Shown here: positions 43,597-51,710 of the stretch, piece by piece
How positions within the stretch are numbered: position 1 is the first letter of the stretch
Layout of the letters: every line of letters starts with the position of its first letter
DNA from: Pseudomonadota bacterium
Lineage (GTDB): Bacteria > Pseudomonadota > Alphaproteobacteria > Rickettsiales > UBA1997
NCBI GenBank assembly: GCA_018970485.1
Contig: JAGWWH010000001.1
Coordinates: 7,137-71,136, forward strand
Length of the DNA: 64,000 nt
Direction: 5' to 3'
The notes under the pieces: model-generated
Told to the model about the DNA's origin: nothing
The model's input: the letters and a program-made list of their open reading frames with translations, nothing else
The model's database searches: none
Translations under genes and position numbers: made by a program

Positions 43597-44415
43597 TTAC
43601 TCGCCATCTCGAATGATGGAGAGATCGGGAGCATCCGGCGCTTTCATTCCAACTACGTGGTAGCCAGCGTCAACGTGAAGATTTTCACCAGTTACACCAC
43701 CACCAAGTTCAGAAAGCAAAAAGACAGCAGCACCGCCAACATCTTCCAAAGTGATGTTGCGACGCAGTGGAGCGTTGTACTCATTCCATTTAAAGATGAG
43801 GCGGAAATCGCCAATTCCGCTAGCAGCAAGAGTTTTAACCGGGCCGGCAGAAATTGAATTTACGCGGATGTTGTCTTTACCCATGTCCATGGAGAGGTAA
43901 CGCACAGAAGCCTCGAGAGCGGCTTTGGCAACACCCATTACGTTGTAGTGAGGCATTACTTTTTCAGAGCCGTAGTAACTTAAAGTAACGATGCTGCCAC
44001 CGCCGGCTTTTTTCATCAAAGGCTCAGCTTCTTTTGCAACCGCAACTAAAGAGAAGGCGGAGATATTCATGGTGTTGGTGAAGTTGGCGGGACTGGTGTC
44101 TAAATATTTGCCGCGAAGTTCGTCTTTGTCTGAGTAAGCAATGGCATGAACTAAGAAATCAAGTTTGCCCCATTTTTTTTCGATCTCTTCGAAAACTTTT
44201 TTAACGGAAGCGGGGTCATTAACGTCGCAAGGAAGAACGATGTCGGATCCAACTGAAGCAGCGAGTGGCTCTACGCGTTTTTGTAGGGCCTCACCTTGGT
44301 AAGTAAAAGCAAGTTCCGCACCGAATTTTTTGCATTGTTCGGTAATGCCCCAAGCGATTGAGCGATTGTTAGCAACGCCCATGATTAGGCCTTTTTTTCC
44401 TGCAAGAATTGTCAT
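43597..44415 (-). CDS. fabI: Enoyl-ACP reductase
   Basis: GVANNRSIAWGI, YNVMGVAKAALE, SAGPVKTLA. Confidence 0.97.
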   Translation of the reverse strand: MTILAGKKGLIMGVANNRSIAWGITEQCKKFGAELAFTYQGEALQKRVEPLAASVGSDIVLPCDVNDPASVKKVFEEIEKKWGKLDFLVHAIAYSDKDELRGKYLDTSPANFTNTMNISAFSLVAVAKEAEPLMKKAGGGSIVTLSYYGSEKVMPHYNVMGVAKAALEASVRYLSMDMGKDNIRVNSISAGPVKTLAASGIGDFRLIFKWNEYNAPLRRNITLEDVGGAAVFLLSELGGGVTGENLHVDAGYHVVGMKAPDAPDLSIIRDGE

Positions 44416-44418
44416 TTT

Positions 44419-45045
44419 TTAAGAGTTTTGTTGAGTTGAAGAGTTGAATAGCCACGGAGCTAGTCCTTTAGCCTTAATCTCAAAGGCTGAAATTTGAGAA
44501 GATTTTTGAAGAGTTAAACCGATGTCGTCAAGCCCTTCAATCAGGCAATGTTTGCGAAAAGGATCAACTTCAAATTGATAAATTTTGCTGCCAGCACGCA
44601 CTTCTTGTTTTGGCAAATCGATGGTCATTTTGTTTTCAGCTGACTTCGCGAAATCCAACAATTCTTCAACTTGCTTGGAAGGCAGAACGATCGGCAAAAT
44701 CGAATTTTTGAAGCAGTTGTTGTAGAAAATATCGGCGAAAGATGGCGCGATGATTGCATGAATTCCAAAATCAGCTAAAGCCCACGGAGCATGTTCACGA
44801 CTTGATCCGCAGCCAAAATTATCACGAGCGATTAAAATTTGCGCATTGCTGAATTCGGGTTTGTTCAAAACGAAATCTTCAATTTTTTTCTCGTTCAAAT
44901 CGAAACGCATTTCAAAAAATAAAGCCTTGCCAAGACCAGTGCGCTGAATGGTTTTGAGGAATTGTTTCGGGATGATCATGTCGGTGTCAATATTGACCAA
45001 AGGCAAGGCAGCAGCGACTGAAGTAAGGGTTGTGAATTTTTCCAT
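44419..45045 (-). CDS. leuD: 3-isopropylmalate dehydratase small subunit
   Basis: [31 protein letters not shown]. Confidence 0.96.
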   Translation of the reverse strand: MEKFTTLTSVAAALPLVNIDTDMIIPKQFLKTIQRTGLGKALFFEMRFDLNEKKIEDFVLNKPEFSNAQILIARDNFGCGSSREHAPWALADFGIHAIIAPSFADIFYNNCFKNSILPIVLPSKQVEELLDFAKSAENKMTIDLPKQEVRAGSKIYQFEVDPFRKHCLIEGLDDIGLTLQKSSQISAFEIKAKGLAPWLFNSSTQQNS

Positions 45046-45103
45046 TTTTGAAGATTTTATTCATGTCTTCCTGAAGTCAGGATTGGAGACACTTTGTTGG
45101 TGG

Positions 45104-46063
45104 TTAAGCTAAAAATCTATTCCAAAATTTATCGCTTAGGTTTGGTAAAACTGAGTTGATTTCTCTCATCTCCTCCATCTTGCCATTGCAGTGCAAAACA
45201 AGGTCGCATCCGGCATCCAGAATTGCTTTCGTTTTTTCAGAAAAATTTCCTTTAAGCGCTTTCATCGAAACGTCGTCACTCATCAAAATATTTTTAAAAC
45301 CGATTTCTTCTCGAATTAATTGAATCGCGGTTGGCGAGGTTGTGGCGCAATTAATTTTGTCAATCGCTGTGTAAAGAATGTGAGCAGTCATCGCGAATTT
45401 TTGATCGCGGAGCTGTTGGAATGTAACGAAATCTGTAGCCCTCAATTCAGAGATCGAAGCCTCAACTACAGGTAATTCTAAATGTGAATCGGAAGTGCCG
45501 CGACCATGACCGGGAATGTGCTTAATCACCGGAAAAACATTTTGTGAAAGCAATCCCTCACAAACTTTTCTGCCCAAATCTGCAACTTGCGCAGCGTTAT
45601 TTCCGTAAGCGCGATCACCGATTACTTGGTGAGTTTTTTCAGTCAAAATATCGAGAACGGGAGCGCAATTTACGTTGATTCCAACTTCATTCAAATCGCG
45701 ACCAATTTCCTGAAAGTTTTTAAACAAAGCCTCGCGAGCCTTTTCTGGATTGGTTGCGTAAAGATCAGCAAAATATTTTCCTGCGGGATATTTTTTCCAA
45801 TTCGGTTCATTCATGCGCGCAACGCGTCCACCTTCTTGATCAACTAAAACCAAAATTTCGCCATCCATCACTTCGCGCAGAGAATCGGTTAATTTTTTTA
45901 ACTGATTTTTGTCGACGATGTTTCGTGAAAAAATAATGAAACCGAGGCCAGCATTTTTTGCGAAAAAATATTTCTCTTCATCACTAAGAGAAGCGCCAGC
46001 AATTCCGTAAATTACAGGCTTGGAGATTTTTTTATTTTCAGAAATTTTTTGTAAAAGAGACAT
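45104..46063 (-). CDS. nagZ: Beta-N-acetylhexosaminidase (GH3)
   Basis: DQEGGRV, KHIPGHG..DSH, MTAH, SDD. Confidence 0.95.
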   Translation of the reverse strand: MSLLQKISENKKISKPVIYGIAGASLSDEEKYFFAKNAGLGFIIFSRNIVDKNQLKKLTDSLREVMDGEILVLVDQEGGRVARMNEPNWKKYPAGKYFADLYATNPEKAREALFKNFQEIGRDLNEVGINVNCAPVLDILTEKTHQVIGDRAYGNNAAQVADLGRKVCEGLLSQNVFPVIKHIPGHGRGTSDSHLELPVVEASISELRATDFVTFQQLRDQKFAMTAHILYTAIDKINCATTSPTAIQLIREEIGFKNILMSDDVSMKALKGNFSEKTKAILDAGCDLVLHCNGKMEEMREINSVLPNLSDKFWNRFLA

Positions 46064-46098
46064 CGAATTGAAAATGATTTGGAGCGTGTTTTTAAAAA

Positions 46099-47100
46099 TT
46101 ATTGCAGGGAATCGAAGAATTTTAAAATTTTTTTACGGTTTTCTTCGAAGAGAGTTTCAAGTTTTTTTGCGTTGTAACTCAAAACTGAAATGATCGAGGT
46201 AAAGTCTTTAAATCCCATACCCGCATAGCTTTGAAAGGTTTTAATTTCAGGAATTTCTAGAAAAGATTTAACGACGAGGGAGCGAAAAAAAATTGTCGAA
46301 AAATTTTCTTCGAAAAATTTTTGTTCTCCTTGAGTTTGCTGTAAAGGAGTCGAGGAGTCTAGATCACCACACATTTCAAGGGTATTTCCATTACAAATTT
46401 TTTCCAAATTCTCAAAAAACTTTTCGTAAAATTTTTCTAAATTTTTTTCATTCATCGCAAAAATTTCAGACCATAGTTCAGGATCCGAATTATCTAGGCG
46501 AAAAGCTTTTTGAAAAAATTCTTCAGTGATTTTTTTGGGCGAAAATTCTGCGGTCAGAAAAGATAAAAATTGCGGCAAGTGTGAAACTAGTGCGTAAATC
46601 TCGTCATGCTTTTTTGCTTCGAGAAAATCAGGAATCGCGCCAATTTTTTTAGCAATTTCAACAACTTCTAAACTTTCTTTGCAGAGAATAAATTTTTTGC
46701 CGGAAAATAGGTCGGCATCAGCATTTTCAAATCCAGTATTTTCAGAGCCGGCAACTGGGTGACAAGGAATGAAATTTTTTGGTAAATTTTCGACATCAAG
46801 TTCTTTTACCGAACCCAAATCAATCACCAAAGCGCGAACATTTTTTAGTTCAAAAAATATTTCATCGTAAGCTGAAATTGGGGCGGCGACAACAATGAAA
46901 TCAAAGCTAAAAAGATCTTCAGAAAAGAAGCTTAAGTTAGTAAATCCGTCCTTAATTATTTCGGAATTTTTAGCGTAATCAATCGTTTCTAAATCAGTGT
47001 CACAAGCAAAAATCTCTTTACTTAAATTATTTTTTTTAAGGGCTTTGGCAAAAGATCCGCCGATTAATCCCAGACCGATTATTAGAGTTTTTTGAAACAT
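46099..47100 (-). CDS. tyrA: Prephenate/cyclohexadienyl dehydrogenase with extended C-terminus
   Basis: GLGLIGGS, DLGSVK, HPVAGSE, HDEIYALVSHLP; start at MFQKT. Confidence 0.85.
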   Translation of the reverse strand: MFQKTLIIGLGLIGGSFAKALKKNNLSKEIFACDTDLETIDYAKNSEIIKDGFTNLSFFSEDLFSFDFIVVAAPISAYDEIFFELKNVRALVIDLGSVKELDVENLPKNFIPCHPVAGSENTGFENADADLFSGKKFILCKESLEVVEIAKKIGAIPDFLEAKKHDEIYALVSHLPQFLSFLTAEFSPKKITEEFFQKAFRLDNSDPELWSEIFAMNEKNLEKFYEKFFENLEKICNGNTLEMCGDLDSSTPLQQTQGEQKFFEENFSTIFFRSLVVKSFLEIPEIKTFQSYAGMGFKDFTSIISVLSYNAKKLETLFEENRKKILKFFDSLQ

Positions 47101-47176
47101 ATTTTTTGCGTTGATAATTCTTTTGTCGGTTCCTACGTTCACGTCACTTTTTCTGTTATTCAAGCTTCCCCACCAA

Positions 47177-47335
47177 ATGAAAAAAATAATTCTGTTCGCA
47201 ATCTTATTTTGTGCAGCTTCTTGTAATAATAAGGTGATCGATATTAAGAGCCCTTGCGTTTCAACAGAAGATGGACCTTGCGGTCCAAAAAAACCAGTAA
47301 ACGAATGGTGGCTTAAAAATTACAAAAACTCTTAA
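47177..47335 (+). CDS. DUF2706-like small lipoprotein
   Basis: AASC lipobox, IKSPCVS..PC..KPVN, resembling the Rickettsia DUF2706 family. Confidence 0.7.
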   Translation: MKKIILFAILFCAASCNNKVIDIKSPCVSTEDGPCGPKKPVNEWWLKNYKNS

Positions 47336-47337
47336 AC

Positions 47338-47721
47338 ATGTCAGAAAGTTTCGTCGACAGATTTGCTAAAAAAGGAAACACAACTTTTACAGCAGAAGCG
47401 ACAAAAAACCAATCTCCGCAATCAACCCAAAAAAGTTTTTCTGAGATGACTCAGAAAGATTCCCTCTCTAACAAAAAACCGGTAGATCCTCAAAAAAAAA
47501 TGCAATCTGAACTAATTTATCTAGTGAAAGGAGTTGATGCTGGGCGCAATGCTTGGTATTACGTTTTAGTTGATCGTTTGAAGTTACAACTTTTCTTAAA
47601 AGCTCTGAACGACGAAATCATACATCTCGAAAACTACGGAAAAATTCTTTACTCTGCTTACGGAGATGATCCTTCTGCTGAAATTACTGCGAAGCTGAAA
47701 GAAGAGTACGGAATCGAGTAA
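47338..47721 (+). CDS. Hypothetical protein
   Basis: 127-aa ORF in an operon; AWYYVLVD, YGKILYSAYG. Confidence 0.75.
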   Translation: MSESFVDRFAKKGNTTFTAEATKNQSPQSTQKSFSEMTQKDSLSNKKPVDPQKKMQSELIYLVKGVDAGRNAWYYVLVDRLKLQLFLKALNDEIIHLENYGKILYSAYGDDPSAEITAKLKEEYGIE

Positions 47722-47729
47722 AATAGAAA

Positions 47730-49031
47730 ATGAAGCTCCTAAAGATTTCCACCATTGTTACTCTATCTATCTTTGTCGGATTTGTCTCAGCTTTGTCTTT
47801 TTCGCAAATCGAAATTAAGCCGATAAAATTTGATGATAAGGTTGGGCAAAATCAAAAGGAGTTTCTCGATGATGTCATCAATCGAGTTAAAAAAGATTAC
47901 GTTGAAGAAAAAACAGATAGACAACTCGCTGAAGCCGCCGCTTCAGGAATATTATCATCTCTCGATCCTCATTCCTCTTACCTAAACGAAGACTCTCTTA
48001 AAGAAATGCAGGTGCAAACCAAGGGCGAGTTTGGTGGATTAGGTGTTGAAATTACAATCGAGGCCTCGGTAGTAAAAGTTGTATCTCCGATTGAAGGTAC
48101 GCCAGCTTTCAAGGTTGGTCTAAAGACTGGTGATTATATCACTAAGGTTGATGGAAAAAATGTAATTGGCCTTTCAATCGAAGAGGTGGTTAAAAAACTA
48201 AGAGGTAAGCCAGGAACTAGCGTTAAAATTACCGTTCTGCGTAAAGGTGAAAAAGCTCCTCTCGAAAAAACTATTACTCGCGAAATCATTAAAGTTAGAG
48301 CCGTTAAATCAGCCAAGTTCAAAGATATCGCTTACATTAAAATCAATACCTTCTCCGAGCAGGCCTATGCTGGATTGGAATCGGAGTTGAAAAAATTAAA
48401 AGACAAAAATCTCAAGGGCTTAGTGCTTGATTTACGCAACAATCCGGGTGGCCTTCTTGATCAATCAGTTAAGATTAGTGACGCCTTTTTAAACAAAGGA
48501 AAGTTAGTGGTTTCGATCAAGGGTCGAGATTCTGAATCAAAGGAATATTTAGATGAATCTGATGAATCCCTTGTGCCAAACTTGCCAATTGTTGTATTGA
48601 TTAATGAGGGATCGGCTTCTGCCTCTGAAATTGTCGCTGGAGCTTTGCAAGATCACAAAAGAGCAGTAATCATGGGAGTTAAATCTTTTGGTAAAGGTTC
48701 GGTACAAACCGTCATTCCTCTTGAGAAAAATCATGGCGCCTTGCGTTTAACTACCGCACTTTATTACACCCCAAGCGGTAGATCGATTCAGGCTCATGGC
48801 ATTGAGCCGGATATCGAAGTTATTAATGCTAAAATTGAAAAAGCTGAACAATCTGATCGCGATTCAGAAGCTGATCTTAAAGGTCACATTCAGCTACAGC
48901 AGGCAATTGAAGAGGCTAAAAAAGAGAAGATCGGGGAAGATAACTTGGATACCTACGGTCAAGATTATCAACTTGCTCGCGCTCTTGATTTGATTCGCGG
49001 CGTTAATGTTTATAAATCAGCTACAAAATGA
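47730..49031 (+). CDS. ctpA: S41 C-terminal processing peptidase
   Basis: LDPHSSY, PDZ GLG, DLRNNPGG, SASASEI, FGKGSVQ. Confidence 0.93.
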   Translation: MKLLKISTIVTLSIFVGFVSALSFSQIEIKPIKFDDKVGQNQKEFLDDVINRVKKDYVEEKTDRQLAEAAASGILSSLDPHSSYLNEDSLKEMQVQTKGEFGGLGVEITIEASVVKVVSPIEGTPAFKVGLKTGDYITKVDGKNVIGLSIEEVVKKLRGKPGTSVKITVLRKGEKAPLEKTITREIIKVRAVKSAKFKDIAYIKINTFSEQAYAGLESELKKLKDKNLKGLVLDLRNNPGGLLDQSVKISDAFLNKGKLVVSIKGRDSESKEYLDESDESLVPNLPIVVLINEGSASASEIVAGALQDHKRAVIMGVKSFGKGSVQTVIPLEKNHGALRLTTALYYTPSGRSIQAHGIEPDIEVINAKIEKAEQSDRDSEADLKGHIQLQQAIEEAKKEKIGEDNLDTYGQDYQLARALDLIRGVNVYKSATK

Positions 49032-49948
49032 AGAGGCTAATCTTCGCTGTAGCTTTTTCTCTGATTTCATCTCCATCCTTTTCTTTAGAATTCTCTGATT
49101 TTGTAGCTGCTAAGGTTAATAATAAGGCTATTACCAACTCTGAAGTTTCCGATCGTTATCGATTCGTTATTCTTACATCAAAAATAACCACAAAAGATGC
49201 GAATGAAAAAAAGATTTTACGGGAGCAAGTAATCAATAAAATGGTTGACGAAGAGCTGATTAGACAAGATGCCAAGAATCTAAAAATAGAAATCAGCGAA
49301 AAAGAATTAAAAGAAGCAATCGAGTTGGTGGCAACTCAACGTAAGCAAACTCCGGCACAATTTAAATCCCTCTTACAACGCAATAATTTATCTTTCGAAA
49401 GCTACTCCAATCAAATTGAAGCAGAGATTTGTTGGTCAAAAATAATTTCTGAAGTTTTGCGTGGTCGGGTAAAAATCAGTGATGTTGAAGTGAAGGAGTT
49501 TTTTGAGCAGAACCAGCTAAATTCAGACGTTAGAAAGTTTTTTCTCGCCGAAGTTTTGATTTCTCAGTCCGAAAATGCCGCTCAATTTGCTGAAAAATTA
49601 TCACTTGAACTCAAGCGTGGCGCAGATTTCAAGGCAATAATCAAACAATTTTCTTCCAGCGTTATTGGTGATGGAAGTGGGGAAATAGGCTGGGTAGCTC
49701 AAGCTGATCTCGATCCAAAAATTTACGCCGCAATCTCAAAGTTAGGGAAGGGGGAATATTCAGAGTCAGTTAAGCTGGCCAACGGCTATCACATATTCAA
49801 AGTCTTAGACAGTAAGGTTGAAAGCAATGTCGCAGATCAAGACCTAAAAGCTGCAAAGAACATGATCTTCAATCGTAAATTACAGATTTTGGCCAAAGGG
49901 TATTTAATGGATTTGCGCAAAAAGGCATTTATTGAGATCGAGAACTAA
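49028..49948 (+). CDS. surA: SurA-like periplasmic chaperone/PPIase
   Basis: AAKVNNKAIT, SurA N-domain, GEIGW, GYHI. Confidence 0.8.
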   Translation: MKRLIFAVAFSLISSPSFSLEFSDFVAAKVNNKAITNSEVSDRYRFVILTSKITTKDANEKKILREQVINKMVDEELIRQDAKNLKIEISEKELKEAIELVATQRKQTPAQFKSLLQRNNLSFESYSNQIEAEICWSKIISEVLRGRVKISDVEVKEFFEQNQLNSDVRKFFLAEVLISQSENAAQFAEKLSLELKRGADFKAIIKQFSSSVIGDGSGEIGWVAQADLDPKIYAAISKLGKGEYSESVKLANGYHIFKVLDSKVESNVADQDLKAAKNMIFNRKLQILAKGYLMDLRKKAFIEIEN

Positions 49949-50110
49949 AAAATTCATTAATTTTATTCTAAAGATTATTTAGTTATTTTCTGTCCCCTTG
50001 TTGAAGGAATGTTTTATTATGCGTGAGGTAAGTGTAAAAATATAAGATATAAACCATTTAATATTATTATATTTCAACCAATAGCAAACCTAATTTTTAC
50101 TTAAAATATT

Positions 50111-51047
50111 ATGTCTAGGGGTCTAATAGAATTATCAGAACTTCAGTCTCCAGAATTTAATGAAAAGTTCTCTAAAGGATTTGCAAAGTATGTTATTTTT
50201 TCTTTTAAAGACGATCCTGAAGCCTTAAAGAAAGCACTTATAACCGCACCACTAAGAATTAACTCAGATAACGGTCTCGCAACTTCTTCTTTGATTAAGA
50301 GCTCATTTTCATTCTGGAGAAGTGGAATTTATAATGATTCAGATACTAACTGATTAGGCCTCTATTTGAGGAATTTAGACTCAATCGATACATTACTACG
50401 ACAAGAGATCGAAGATCCTGAAAGTGGAATTGATAAAGAAGATAAAGAGTCACTAAATATTGCTGTAGATAAATCTCTTAGTGTACCCAGAAGTATTGCT
50501 GTAAAAATCCAATAATATCACTTGGTAGAATATTATATGAATTATACGAAGATAGCGAAGACGCCAAAGCTATCTTACTAGATATTCAGGGTAATTATTA
50601 TTTCGGAGGCGTGAGAATAAAAGATCGAAATCACGAGCTATTTAGTTAGAAATTGAAGGAGAAGGTACCCTCGCGTTTCTAAGTGGAGAGCGTCACGAAG
50701 GTTATTTTATTGAAGGCAGAATATAGGAGAAGACACCATTACTTGGGCAAACGGCACTGTTTATAAAGGCCATACTAACATTATCAGATGGATGGAGAAG
50801 GTAACTTAGAATGAAACTTATTACGAGGAAGTCGGTAATGAGCTGATTTCAGAGAAGAGTGTTTTTAGGAAAAAAAACTCAAGCAAAAGAAAGGGGTGGG
50901 CCTAACTCAGAGAATCCATCTAGCACAGCAGAGGTTGGAGGTGGTGGCGTAACAATAAATTATACCTCATCTCTCGAAGATGAAAAAAGTGAATCCAAAG
51001 AAAGTCCTTCAAGCCTTTTCCGCCTAAATAATTGGTCAGCTAGTTAA
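50111..51047 (+). pseudogene. Decayed MORN-repeat effector-like gene
   Basis: Fragments GEGTLAFLSGERHEGYFIEGRI / GEDTITWANGTVYKG / QMDGEG at ~50655-50805 across frameshifts and stops. Confidence 0.6.
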
Positions 51048-51146
51048 AAAACTGTTTAAATTATACTCGAGAATGGAAGGTGTTTTTCTTGGTTTGGCTG
51101 AGGTCATTAAAAACGACAAATCTAGTTTGCGCTTACAGAATTCTGA

Positions 51147-51692
51147 TTATTCAAGCAAATCTTCAATTTTTTGCGTGATTTTTTCCGACATTGGATCGGT
51201 CGATGATGAGAACCAAGCGACAAAATTACCATTTTTGTCGATCAAATATTTGTGAAAGTTCCATTTGGGCGAGCCCAGAAAGCCAGCTTGATTATTGGCC
51301 CAAGAATAAAATGGATGAGCTTTTTCGCCGCTAACTTTGCTAATCGATGTAAGTGGAAAAGAAATTTTAAATTCTTTTTGAGTAAAATCTTTCACCTTCA
51401 TTTCACTACTTAACTCTTGATTGCCGAAGTCGTTTGAAGGAACTCCGATTACAACCAAGCCGCGCTCTCGATATTTTTCGTAAAGCTGCTGCAAAGATTT
51501 ATATTGTGGAGTAAGGCCGCATTTTGAGGCGGTATTAACCACCAGAACCACCTTTCCTCTGTAGTCAGATAAATTCAAAACCTCGCCTTCAACTGAAGAA
51601 AAAGAAAATTGATAAGCATTTTTTTGACTAGTTTGAGCCTTTGCTCCGTAGGAGAAAAAAGCTAAAAGAGTTAGTAAAATCCCCACTTTCAT
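51147..51692 (-). CDS. Glutathione peroxidase
   Basis: VNTASKCGLTPQY, PSNDFG.QE, PKWNFHKYLID. Confidence 0.95.
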   Translation of the reverse strand: MKVGILLTLLAFFSYGAKAQTSQKNAYQFSFSSVEGEVLNLSDYRGKVVLVVNTASKCGLTPQYKSLQQLYEKYRERGLVVIGVPSNDFGNQELSSEMKVKDFTQKEFKISFPLTSISKVSGEKAHPFYSWANNQAGFLGSPKWNFHKYLIDKNGNFVAWFSSSTDPMSEKITQKIEDLLE

Positions 51693-51710
51693 AACAAGTG
51701 ATTTAGTTGA

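Noticed and set aside
45063-45092. Additional REP family upstream of leuD
   Set aside because: Single short hairpin (TCCTGA..TCAGGA) with no second copy seen
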